Positions 25,468 through 36,810 of a stretch of 64,000 bases of DNA are shown here, one piece after another. Every line of letters begins with the position of its first letter. The stretch's first letter is position 1. The notes beneath the pieces are model-generated. The model was not told where the DNA came from. It did no database searches and saw only the letters and a list, made by a program, of their open reading frames with translations. The position numbers and the translations under genes are program-made. Source of the stretch: the human T2T-CHM13v2.0 reference genome, Homo sapiens; the NCBI RefSeq assembly GCF_009914755.1, contig NC_060933.1. The stretch is one strand, 5' to 3'.

Positions 25468-26364
25468 GTAGGTCCGAAGGCAAGACCCTTTTCTCCTCCC
25501 TGGCTGAGGGAAGTGGGTGGGGGAACCACACACTCGGCGGGCAGCGTGGTCGACCTGCCCAGTGCCAGGACAGTGACTGCTGGCCGCGAATTTCACAACA
25601 CAGGTGGCTTCCTCACAGGAAGCTCCTCTGTATACCACACCCTGTTGCTACTGAGTGGAGCAGCCAAATTAAATTAAGCTTGCATTGCTCAAAATTAATT
25701 TTCCTAAGAGAAATACAAATACACCAATAGATTAGGGTATTTTATACATTTTTAATTTCATTTTTGCTCTTCTTTTATAGCCAGTGTGCACATGTAAGAG
25801 TTATGGAATCACTTAGAGCAATACTGAGCATTTTCATTTATATAAAACCCAAATCATTTGGGTGCAGAAGTTTGGATGATTGAAGCTCAGAGGGAAGGAG
25901 AAAAGCATTTGAGATGAAAACCAAAGAGTAAATTTGAGTTTGGCAAAAGAACAGATTGCACTTTTGGTTTGTACCACCTCTTTACAAATTTGTTAAAGGA
26001 ATACTAGGTGCCAAGCCTGTGTGGGCACCATAGATAATGCAGATAAATAGAATACAATCCCAGCAAGCTCATCTTCTAGCTAGAAACCTCAGAAAGACAC
26101 AAATAAGAGCAGTAAAAAGGGATTGGCCGGAAAGAATGACAGAAAAGAGTAATGGAGAAATCCTAGAGGTGCTGAAGGGAGAAGGAGAATAGATCAAAGA
26201 TCAGGCAGTGTTCTTTCTTTTAAATGATTAGCCTTTCATTTCATCCCAACAACTGGACAGCAAGATAAGTAACTGGACTTCAAACTAGTGAGTGTATTTT
26301 TAAGGCCCTGCTTGTTAAAGAAAGGCTTGAACTGGCCTCTCCTCATCACTGCTTCTTCCAACAG

Positions 26365-26436
26365 GCCCTCATCACCTTTTTTCAAGTCAAGATTTCATCC
26401 CATACATGCATGACTCAATCAGATTTGGAAATGTGG
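26365..26436 (+). CDS. NR4A3: NR4A3 optional 72-nt cassette exon; ATG at 26406 adds MHDSIRFGNVD to give a 637-aa isoform
   Basis: Acceptor CTTCTTCCAACAG|G; donor GTGG|GTAAGA; ATG CAT GAC TCA ATC AGA TTT GGA AAT GTG G|AT ATG is in frame with exon 3. Confidence 0.8.
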
Positions 26437-26884
26437 GTAAGAGAAAGATGTCAAAGGAAATGTGAAGTATTCACTTCTCTATTAGTCACACCTTTTACAC
26501 CATAGACTCCAAAGAGGCGTTAAGCACCTGGTTTTCCTTTGGCTCAGAAAAACCAACCACCAAAAACCGCCGTTTTTTACCATTTATATTTAGCCATAAA
26601 GAAAGAAAAATAATTAGATAAATCATCCACTACATCCAATAATTCTCAGCGCCTTCTCACTCAGTTCAGCCTCTCTGAACAATAGTAAGCACCCTGGATA
26701 CCAGCCACTTTGGGGGCAACATAGTCAAACTGGCAGAGAAATCAAGTCTATTGAGAAACTGCTTTTTTTCATGGGTACTAATTCTAGTGTCATAAGGAAA
26801 TACCTATACTAACTTGCCTATTATGATAGTTATAAACTGTTATCACAAAACAGTCACTGATATGTTTTATTAGTTAGAATTGGG

Positions 26885-26938
<54 letters not shown>
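26885..26938. repeat. Compound microsatellite (AT)5(GT)16(AT)6
   Basis: Read directly from the sequence. Confidence 0.95.
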
Positions 26939-27675
26939 GGGTGGGTGTTTTGTTGCAGCTGCTGATCTTTTTCTTTGCAGATGGTACAAACTCTCCCGAG
27001 TCAATTTCCTGGGCCTATGTCCCCACCTAGCTGACTGAAGTTATCAACAGGGGTCCAGTTTGTGCAGGCTGCTAGCCCTATTGGAAGAGTGGGGACGAGG
27101 TGGGAGAAAGCAACCACAACGTGTGTGGGCAACCTCAATTGGCACTCATAAAATGTTAGAATGTCAACTCTCTCCCTTGGCCACTAAATCTCTCACAGGG
27201 TAGTTTTTCTTGCCTAACTCAGGTTTACAAATCAATGTGTATGCCTTGGGGGACCAATGGCCTCTTTCCTCCCAAATAAACCACTGGCTTTCTCTTTGTC
27301 CCCCTAGGTTATAGCTGAGGAGCCCACTCCAATTAGTTTATAGGATTCAAAGCCTCTTTTTAAAAACATCTCTGAGCTTATGAGGAAAGACTTCAAGTTT
27401 CCCAAATCTAGTGGAGGACAGGGCAAGGGAGGAAAGATAGGTACAGGAGTCCACAGGAGGCCAGGTTTTGGCACCCCTTTGTCAGGAATTCAGCTTCCTT
27501 ACTAGGGATGAAGAAAATAAGTGTGGGGCTTTGTGTCTATGCTACCAGAAGGAGGAGAGGATGACACTTCCTCTCTGTTTCCCAGATTAGAGAACAGTGA
27601 ACCCAATGCTGCCTGTTGGCTAGAAAACAAGTGTTAACTTGCTTCTGAGAGACCCTTTTCTCTGTCCCTGCAGAT

Positions 27676-28626
27676 ATGCCCTGCGTCCAAGCCCAATATA
27701 GCCCTTCCCCTCCAGGTTCCAGTTATGCGGCGCAGACATACAGCTCGGAATACACCACGGAGATCATGAACCCCGACTACACCAAGCTGACCATGGACCT
27801 TGGCAGCACTGAGATCACGGCTACAGCCACCACGTCCCTGCCCAGCATCAGTACCTTCGTGGAGGGCTACTCGAGCAACTACGAACTCAAGCCTTCCTGC
27901 GTGTACCAAATGCAGCGGCCCTTGATCAAAGTGGAGGAGGGGCGGGCGCCCAGCTACCATCACCATCACCACCACCACCACCACCACCACCACCATCACC
28001 AGCAGCAGCATCAGCAGCCATCCATTCCTCCAGCCTCCAGCCCGGAGGACGAGGTGCTGCCCAGCACCTCCATGTACTTCAAGCAGTCCCCACCGTCCAC
28101 CCCCACCACGCCGGCCTTCCCCCCGCAGGCGGGGGCGTTATGGGACGAGGCACTGCCCTCGGCGCCCGGCTGCATCGCACCCGGCCCGCTGCTGGACCCG
28201 CCGATGAAGGCGGTCCCCACGGTGGCCGGCGCGCGCTTCCCGCTCTTCCACTTCAAGCCCTCGCCGCCGCATCCCCCCGCGCCCAGCCCGGCCGGCGGCC
28301 ACCACCTCGGCTACGACCCGACGGCCGCTGCCGCGCTCAGCCTGCCGCTGGGAGCCGCAGCCGCCGCGGGCAGCCAGGCCGCCGCGCTTGAGAGCCACCC
28401 GTACGGGCTGCCGCTGGCCAAGAGGGCGGCCCCGCTGGCCTTCCCGCCTCTCGGCCTCACGCCCTCCCCTACCGCGTCCAGCCTGCTGGGCGAGAGTCCC
28501 AGCCTGCCGTCGCCGCCCAGCAGGAGCTCGTCGTCTGGCGAGGGCACGTGTGCCGTGTGCGGGGACAACGCCGCCTGCCAGCACTACGGCGTGCGAACCT
28601 GCGAGGGCTGCAAGGGCTTTTTCAAG
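27676..28626 (+). CDS. NR4A3: NR4A3 exon 3 (exon starts 27674): AF-1 domain, His14 tract, first C4 zinc finger; codons 1-317
   Basis: [10 protein letters not shown]... NR4A N-terminus; [27 protein letters not shown]-box finger; acceptor CCCTGCAG|AT, donor AAG|GTGAGC. Confidence 0.98.
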
Positions 28627-31600
28627 GTGAGCGCACGCCGCCCCCTCCCCTCCGCACCCAGCCCCCTCACTGAAGGGAGCTTCTAAGTGAGTGTAGGAGC
28701 ATCCTTGTTCTTCCCGGTTTGAGAGCTGTAATCGGCACATCATGCTTTCCTACAGCCCTTCCTAGCACCTTCACATCCATTTTCTCAGGGGCTTTCTACT
28801 GAGGTCCATGTGCAGCAGGCCACCCCAGACGGACTCCGGGGGTCCGTGAACCTCCTGGCCTGACACTGCCCTATGAACATTTTTCTGGAGAGCTTTCAGC
28901 AGAGTCTTAAAAGGACCTGTGACTTCGAAAATGCAAAAACCTCATTGCTTTGTCTGTCCATCCAGGGTGTCTGAGGGGATAGTGTGTGCGTACCAAGCCC
29001 TGGACATTTGTGTCTCATTTAATCCTTACAGTAAGAGCTGGGGCTCTAGAGTCAGACACATCTAAGATTGAATTCTGGCCACTCACTAGCTATTTTTAGT
29101 AACAGTGTTTTAAAACAGTGTTTTAATTTTCTTTGTTTTGTAGATGAGGATGTTGAGGTTTGAAGAGGTTAATCAGCTGCCTCAGGACACACCTTCAGAG
29201 AAGGGAGATGGAGGCAGGATGCCAACCCACGTTTGCGTGACCCCAAAGTCCATTCCCTTTTCACAGCTCTGCAGCTCTAGGAGACAGGGACAACTGTCTT
29301 CTTCTATGGAAAGAGCTGCCTCTTTCCATAGAAGATAGAACTTGGGGTCTTGTGTCCTCTAGGAACCTTTCCCTACCTCTGTATCACATGCGGTGCCAGG
29401 TGTAGACATAATTCATTCCCTCATAGGCCTAACGGAGAAATTTTACAGTGGGAGGGCCATCAGCCTCCCCCATATTTTACCCACGAGGAAGCTGAGGCCT
29501 GGAGCGGTGAAGCCTTATGCAGGCTGTAAGCAGTGATTTAACTGCCCATGAGATGTTTCCAGCTGATTTGTCCTGACTCCTGAGTTCAGTGTTATTTCTG
29601 CCACTTAGGGAAAAGACCTTGCTCTTTTGCTGTGCTACCTTTTGCTGTTGACTCCCAGACTTTATCAGACACTTACTTCTGTGCCATCCTTCTCACTCCT
29701 CACCCCACTGGCCATTATTTCAGTCATTTACAAACCCACACAAATTATTCCTTATCCTCTAGTGCTGGACAGGGTAGAAAGAAAGAGAAAGCAGGATGCT
29801 GACTGGGTAACTTGGATTTGGGAGGCCAATAGGATATATCTGGGAGTACACCAGAATTAGTGAGAGAAGACTCAAATAGAAGACCTTGATCTTCCACCTT
29901 CCAATTGTATCATGTTGGGCATGACACTTCATTCTAAGCCTGTTTCCCTATCAATGAATAAAACTCAGAGAAGAGCTGTGTATTCAATGAGATAAAAATA
30001 TATATGAAAGTGCTTTATAATCTTTAAAGAGCTGTACAGATAGTTCATTATTAAACAAAAGCTATAAAGTTTTGTAAAAATGCACATTTGTGGAGGGATA
30101 TACATAGCAACAAGCAACAATTATTTTTGATCTTCAGATTGTAAATATCACTACCTGAATTCTGCAGAGAAATGAGAAAATGTTTGGGGAAAGACTGCAA
30201 TACGTTAAGTGCCCTACAGATATTTGGGATTATGATGTTTTAAATGCAGAATCTTGGTCATTTTATTTTATTTTTTAGCCACTGAGTTTGGCCATTTTTT
30301 GTTTTAACTACTCAAGCTTTATCAGAGCTACTTTCAAGTAACTGCATTCCTTTAGCAGATTTGATTTTTACAGGATTTCAGTGGAAAATGCTGAAGGACA
30401 GTGAAACTGGCAGCAGAAAGGGGGAAAGAAAAAAACAAGAATTATGAATAATCTACAAATATAATTATCTCTAAATAATGGAGAGTTGACCAAAATACCA
30501 GAGTGGTAATACATTCTGAGTCCAGAAATGTCAATTAAGTGTTCCCCAACAGCTTCTCTTTTCTGCAGCAATCCCTCGAAAACAAATCTATACTTGAAAG
30601 GGTGGGGGCAAGATGGGGGAGAATCACCCCACAGAACTGTTAATTAAGGGAACCGGAGCAGGTTTTACCCAGTGGCTTTCTACCATTAAATTGAGTTCTT
30701 TAAAAATGTGACATGAAGTGCAGTTAATGATAGGAATTCGGTGATTGAACCATAATGATCTCTCCCTGTCCTTAAACACAAATGTAGGGAAGGCTTCAGG
30801 TTATTGGGAAAATGTATACCTGAAGCAAAATGCCATCAGCACTCAAATTGGCATAAAGCCTTGAGGATGATGGCAAGAAATAGAGTGTTAGAAATTACTG
30901 CATGTTCAATGAAAGCTTTATTCAGGAAACACACGTTTCCTACCCTTACAGACTGCTAAGAATTTAAATGCTGGAACCTCAGAAGTATGCCTGTGTTTCA
31001 GAATTTTGCATTTTAAACTAAAATCACCTACTATGGTGGGAGAAACATGTCTTAGACTTGACATAGGTTGGCTTTGTTATATTAAGTTTTATATAAGCAA
31101 TCTAGAAACTATCCCCTAAAATGAAATTAAAAGGTAACAGGGTAAAACTGAAACATGGGGGTTGAGAATGACTGGAAGTAAATGTTAAAAAGCAAATCTA
31201 GATGTTTGAACACAAAATAGATCATAAAGCCCAAGTTACCTGGATTTATTTTCTTTTTTTATTAATGCAGCCCAGGCTTCCCAAATAAATTTCAACTTTC
31301 TGCTCTATTTGGAGTTGTATAGATCCAGGTAATTTCTGAACAGTTTCACCCTAAGTGGTAAAAATACGTTCATTTGCACAAATGTTTTCAATTTAAAAAG
31401 CAAGCATTTGTTTAAATTTGGAGGACGAAATATGTTTATTTCTCCATGTGTCATTTCCAAATTATATGGATTCTGAAAAATACAACATCATTTTTCTATC
31501 CAACCTTAAGTTTTATGATTTTTTTTACAATATGGTTACTGTGTCTATGTCAATAGACATTTATGAAATGACCTATTAATAGGAATTTTCACTGAAAATA

Positions 31601-32321
31601 TATGGCTGTCATATATCTTTCTTTGTCTCATTTTTCGTTTGTACCTTGGGGTTTTTTGTTTTCTTCCTTGGATATAATAATGATTTGTAATAACTACTTT
31701 TAAGATTTTGCTTTGAAAAATCAGGAATGGACTGTTTATCATATATGGTCTTTAAAGATAAAATAAGCTATACAGGCTGATTAAGTTAGTTTTTTTGCAT
31801 TAAAACATTATTTCCTATATGTTTTAATTAGAAAAATCCTGATTTTGGTTTTTATGATTTCATCTCTGTTGGGTAACAAAGCCAGTTACTGTGATATTTG
31901 ACTTACAATAGTGATAGCAAACAAAGTACATCCCAGATAATTTTGATTTTATTTTAATAAGGTCAGCAATAATCAGGGGAGTGGAACAAGTAGAAAATTG
32001 TTCCCAAAGGGATATTAAAAGTGGAGATAATCTAATTCTCCAAGGTATGATATGTTGACCTGGTAATTTCAGATATGATTTTATCATTCAGAGTTGGGTG
32101 TCTCCTGAGACTTGCTTTAGAACAATCCGAGATGATTTTCATTGTCAGCAGCTAACACTAATAAAATTGTTTTTCCTGCAGGCTAGCGTTTTAGGAAATT
32201 AAATTTATCGAATTATACGAATTGCACTGTCGCTTTTCACATTGTAATTAAAATACATCTTGTCAGGTCCTACCTCTTTCCAGAAACTATCAGTTGACTA
32301 TCTTGTATTATATTTTCTCAG

Positions 32322-32451
32322 AGAACAGTGCAGAAAAATGCAAAATATGTTTGCCTGGCAAATAAAAACTGCCCAGTAGACAAGAGACGTCGAAACCGAT
32401 GTCAGTACTGTCGATTTCAGAAGTGTCTCAGTGTTGGAATGGTAAAAGAAG
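32322..32451 (+). CDS. NR4A3: NR4A3 exon 4: second zinc finger
   Basis: [43 protein letters not shown]; TTTCTCAG|AGA and GAAG|GTATGG; 130 nt. Confidence 0.98.
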
Positions 32452-32914
32452 GTATGGATATAATGCTTTTTACCCAGTTTGCTTATACATATTATCAGAA
32501 ATCAGTGAAAAAAAGCTAATATTTACATTGGGATGGTGAATTTTTCTAGTTCCTTTTTCCTTTCAACATTTTATTTTTATCATATATATCTACATTTTAA
32601 AATAACTGAGGACTATTTATTCTAATTTCTCAAAATTAACAGAGGACTTGTATACATACATCTTTGTTCTATTTAAGAAGGAGACTTTTAGGGCTAATTC
32701 ATTACCAAATGTAAATATCGGTGGCTTTTATGCTGCTTGTTTCAACTCTCATGAAATCATTGTGTGAATATTATTCCAAACTTATTACCACTTTTAAATG
32801 GTTGGTCTCATTAATGATTGCTCAACTGTAATGTGTTTTTATTCCTTTTTGCGATTTATGGTCGTTCATTCCATAATCTTTGAAGATTGTTTTCTTTGTC
32901 TCTTTTGGCATCAG

Positions 32915-33087
32915 TTGTCCGTACAGATAGTCTGAAAGGGAGGAGAGGTCGTCTGCCTTCCAAACCAAAGAGCCCATTACAACAGGAACCTTCTCAGCCC
33001 TCTCCACCTTCTCCTCCAATCTGCATGATGAATGCCCTTGTCCGAGCTTTAACAGACTCAACACCCAGAGATCTTGATTATTCCAGA
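32915..33087 (+). CDS. NR4A3: NR4A3 exon 5: C-terminal extension/A-box and hinge
   Basis: [20 protein letters not shown]...RDLDYSR; CATCAG|TTG and AGA|GTAAGT; 173 nt. Confidence 0.98.
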
Positions 33088-33165
33088 GTAAGTTTTATGA
33101 TTTCCTGCTTTCAAATGAATGATCAGGGTCTCTATTTATGGCTACTAGTAATAAGAGTTGATTGA
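33088..33165 (+). CDS. NR4A3: Intron-5 read-through tail of the short NOR-1 beta isoform (443 aa total)
   Basis: In-frame [25 protein letters not shown]; 418+25=443 aa, the length I recall for the LBD-less beta isoform. Confidence 0.75.
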   Translation, partial: VSFMISCFQMNDQGLYLWLLVIRVD

Positions 33166-35714
33166 ATGATTTTGTGTCTGGCACCATGTTAGACAGTTTT
33201 CATACTTTTTCTATATTTCTCGCTTCATTTAGCAATTCAGTGCATCCATTGCAGCAAATAATTTTTGCCTTATTGAATCTCTAAATGCCTTAACAAGTGA
33301 CCCTGACAGTGCTGCACCTGTCATACACATTGTTGCAGGATTCCTGGTGGTTGTGCCAATGAAAATCTGCACAGACAAACTACAATTTGTAGATTTATCT
33401 CGTGATCTAGACAAAGTGACTACTGTTTTTTTTCATATTGTGTTCAAACCATCTGGGTGAGCCTCAAGTTATTACTAAGCAGTTTATCCAATTGCATCAG
33501 CATTGATTGACCTGCTGCTTATTCAGAGGGATTAGACCATTGGTGGAGAGAAGCGAGCTCTGGCTGTGACATCAGTTGTCAGGAGAACTGGGATGGAACG
33601 CCACCTCTGCTACTTCCTGCCTGTGTCACCTGGTTCCTGCTTTTGGCTCTCTCCTGCCTACAGTGGAAATGACTACAATATTTAACCTCAGAGGGGTGTT
33701 CTGAACACCAGTCACACAAGAATGATGGTTGTGAAAATGTTTTTAAGACCATAAATGACGATTGGTGTTGTTATAGTTAAGTCAACCAAAACATATCAAC
33801 ATTTTTATTTCATATGGGATATAGTAAAATCCCATCAGTCTGAACCCTGCAAATTCCTCAAAATTTGGATAACACAGAGAAGAACCATGAGAAAGGATTT
33901 CCTGAGCAAATGAATAAACAGCTCTGTAAGGCAATTTCTTTAAAGGACTTAGAAAACTAAACTTCTAGCAAAACAGGGTCTCAATGAAGAGGGAAGAGAA
34001 GGAAAAAAAATCACAATTATTGAGCAGTTTCTATATGCTAGACATTGTGGTACATTATCTCATTTAATCCTTTAAACCACCATGAATTGTAGGAATCATT
34101 ATCCCTCCTACTTGAAGGAAAACAAAAACAAAAACAAAAACAAAAAACCTTAGAAACACAGCTTGCACTCAGATAAAGAAATACCAGTCCAGAGGCCCCC
34201 AGTCGGTTGATCTGTCTTGGTGGCTACTACCAAACTGCCCTCCCCAGGTCTAATCAGTGTTTCAAGCTTCTGGCTGAATGGCTGGCAAACAGTGTGAGTG
34301 TGTCCCTGCTATGTGCCCTTCTCCTTAGGTTGCAGTGTTGATAGAAATGATTAGTGTACCTGCTGTGATCCTCTTTCCCTCTTCCCCACCCTCATTATAG
34401 GCTGCGAAGCCTCCTCTCTGCACCTGATAACAAAACGTCATATGAGAAGCATGGTAGATCCTTAGCATCAAAGGTTGAGGACTCTTATTCTGATTATAAG
34501 TAGTGGCTCTTGACTACAATCAAGTCTCAAATAATAGTGTAAGAGAATAAAGCAGAATAATAAGACTAAGTTAACAGTTTAGGCTTCTTTGGAATCATGC
34601 GGGCCTAGATGAAAATCCCAACACTGTCCTTTACTAGCTAAGTGACCTTGAGCAACTGATTACACCCTTTGATGCCTCAGTTTTCTCCTCTGTGTTGTGG
34701 GGTAATAGTAATATCTACTTCCTGGGGTTGTTCGTGAAGATTAATTAACAATTATACTTGTCAAAGCTTTAGCACAGTGCCCTGTATGTTATTTCCTTGG
34801 CCAAACTTTCTTACTCTGCCATTTGTTCAATGTCCTAATGAGCATGAACACTACATTAGGTATCATGCAGAACACTCTAAAGATAAGTATTATGATCTCT
34901 ATTTCACAGATAAGGAAATTTAAACTGGGAGAGGCTAAAGGGCTGACTTGCCCAAGGTCACTGAACTAATATGCAGCAGAGACAGAATTAGGAGCCAAGT
35001 ATATTAAGAGCCAAGTGTATTGAACCTAAAATCTGGGCTCCTAAATACCAAGCTTCACTGCCTCTCTGGTTCCAGTGAGAGTGGGTGCTAGAAAAGTATT
35101 CAGGAATGAAGAGTTCTCCTCCCAGAAGCACCCTGGCCTCTCCAAAGGCAGTTCATCTGAATTAGTGAAGCTTCTTAGCACTGCCTAGGCTAAGGCTATA
35201 GCACACAATCTGACATTGCTCCAGGGCATTTGAAAGCACAATAGATGGTCAGTACAGATAATTTAGGCCTCAAAAGTAATTTTTTGGCCCCAAATTATCC
35301 AATTATCAGTCTACATGGCCTAATTAGTCATTCAATGGCAAACCTTTCCCAGCACTTTGAGTTGTCCCAGCTGGGAACTGTCCCCACACTGAAAAATCAA
35401 TCTAGTGTGTTTGCTTGCCTCTGCACCATTCAGTCTGTTAGTCTAGAGTCATCATCCTCATCAACAAACATTTATCCAATTTAATTGTTAGCTTTGTCCA
35501 AAATAGCAGATTGACCATGCCAGAGCCTGGGTCACATTGGTACTACCTTTGGGGCCTGGCTCAATTTTGCAAAGCATATTTATTTTAATTGCATTATTTT
35601 GGAATCAGGTTGAACCTCATAACTTGGATTCCCCTGCTTTTAGATGGCATTACACAATTATCAAAAATTGGACCCAAATCAACTAAATTAAAAGACTTTT
35701 TAAAAATACAGTGA

Positions 35715-36180
35715 GTTTTCATCAAAAACTTGGATGAAAGCATAAAAGCATGCTGATCACATTTGCAAATGACAGAAAGCTGGGAGGGATCGCTAATATG
35801 ATGGATGTCAGTATCAACATTCAGAGTGATCTCGACAGGTTGGAACAGGAAGGGCTGAAACCATCACAAAGAAAGTTAACAAAAATAAATCTGAAGCTCA
35901 GCATTTAGAATTTAAACAAATGGGAGAGCCTTGGCAAAGTGGTTCATGTTAAGAAGATCTGGGGAGTTTATTCCATATACACTCAAAATGAACCAACAAA
36001 GAACGTGTGTGGTAGAAGGGAGGGATGCCACATTACCTTCAGCTGCAGTAGTAGGAGTATGGGCAGACCCAAGTTGATGATGGTTGCATGGACTCTGTCC
36101 TGTCAGACTGTTCTTCGTGAATTGAGTCCAGTTCTAAGCTGGGATTTACTGTTTCTGGGAACTTGTAATGGATGATTGGG
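35715..36180 (+). mobile_element. Ancient L3/CR1 LINE ORF2 (RT) fragment
   Basis: From 35750 reads MLITFANDRKLGGIANMMDVSINIQSDLDRLEQ, resembling the CR1 RT core KFADDTKLGG...IQxDLDRLE. Confidence 0.75.
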
Positions 36181-36379
36181 GGAAACAGAAATATGTAGGC
36201 AAGAAGGGAAAAGATTTGGTGAAATTGGGTCACTCTTTTGCCCTATGGCAAAAAGAACTATTCTCCCAAAGACAGATCTAGAGAGAGGAGGGGGGCCTCT
36301 TCCCGCTCACTTGTCTGATAACAAGTGTTGGCCATACTAGCTGCTGTGGAAGTGTGAGTTCATCAACACAGGGAGTAAT

Positions 36380-36810
36380 TAAGGTAGTTTTAGTTTTAGC
36401 TTTTTGGGGAACCCCCATACTGTTTTCCATAATGGCTATACTAATTTACATTCCCATCAGCAGTATATGAGTGCTCCCCTTTCTCTACATTCTCACCAGC
36501 ATTTATTTTTTGTCTTTTTAATAATAATCATTCTAACTGGGGTGAGATGATATGTCCTTGTGGTTTGGATTTGCATCTTCCTGTTGATTTGTGATGTTGA
36601 GCATTTTTAAACATACCTGTTGGCTATTTCTATGTCTTGTTTTGAAAAATGTCTATTTAGGTTTTTTATCTATTTTTAAATAGATTTTTTTTCTGCTATT
36701 GAGTTGAATTCCTTATATATTCTGGTTATTAATCCCTTGTCGGATGGATAGTTTGCAAAATTTTCTCCCATTCTGTAGTATTTCACTTTTTAAATTGTTT
36801 CCTTTGCTGA
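36380..36810 (-). mobile_element. Old L1 (L1MA/MB-like) ORF2 3' fragment
   Basis: CCATACTGTTTTCCATAATGGCTATACTAATTTACATTCCCATCAGCAGT...GTGAGATGATAT...TTTGCATCTTCCTG. Confidence 0.8.

Larger units (their letters stand above)
20870..25600. promoter_or_regulatory. NR4A3: Main NR4A3 CpG island complex (promoter, exon 1, intron 1, exon 2)
   Basis: Sustained high GC and CpG density around the promoter motifs and non-coding exons. Confidence 0.85.

Noticed and set aside
19052-25730. Many overlapping 70-260 aa ORFs on both strands across the CpG islands
   Set aside because: Low-complexity Pro/Arg/Gly/Ala products, mostly non-ATG starts and no recognisable domains; expected from stop-codon scarcity in GC-rich DNA. 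Only the exon-2 part of 25269..25730 matters and is handled as a finding.
28627-28686. In-frame extension of exon 3 ([19 protein letters not shown])
   Set aside because: A strong AAG|GTGAGC donor sits at the conserved NR4A zinc-finger intron position, and no nearby poly(A) signal was noticed; treated as intron
27634-28743. Antisense and alternate-frame ORFs over exon 3, including a poly-Val ORF
   Set aside because: Shadows of the GC-rich NR4A3 coding exon and its CAC repeat
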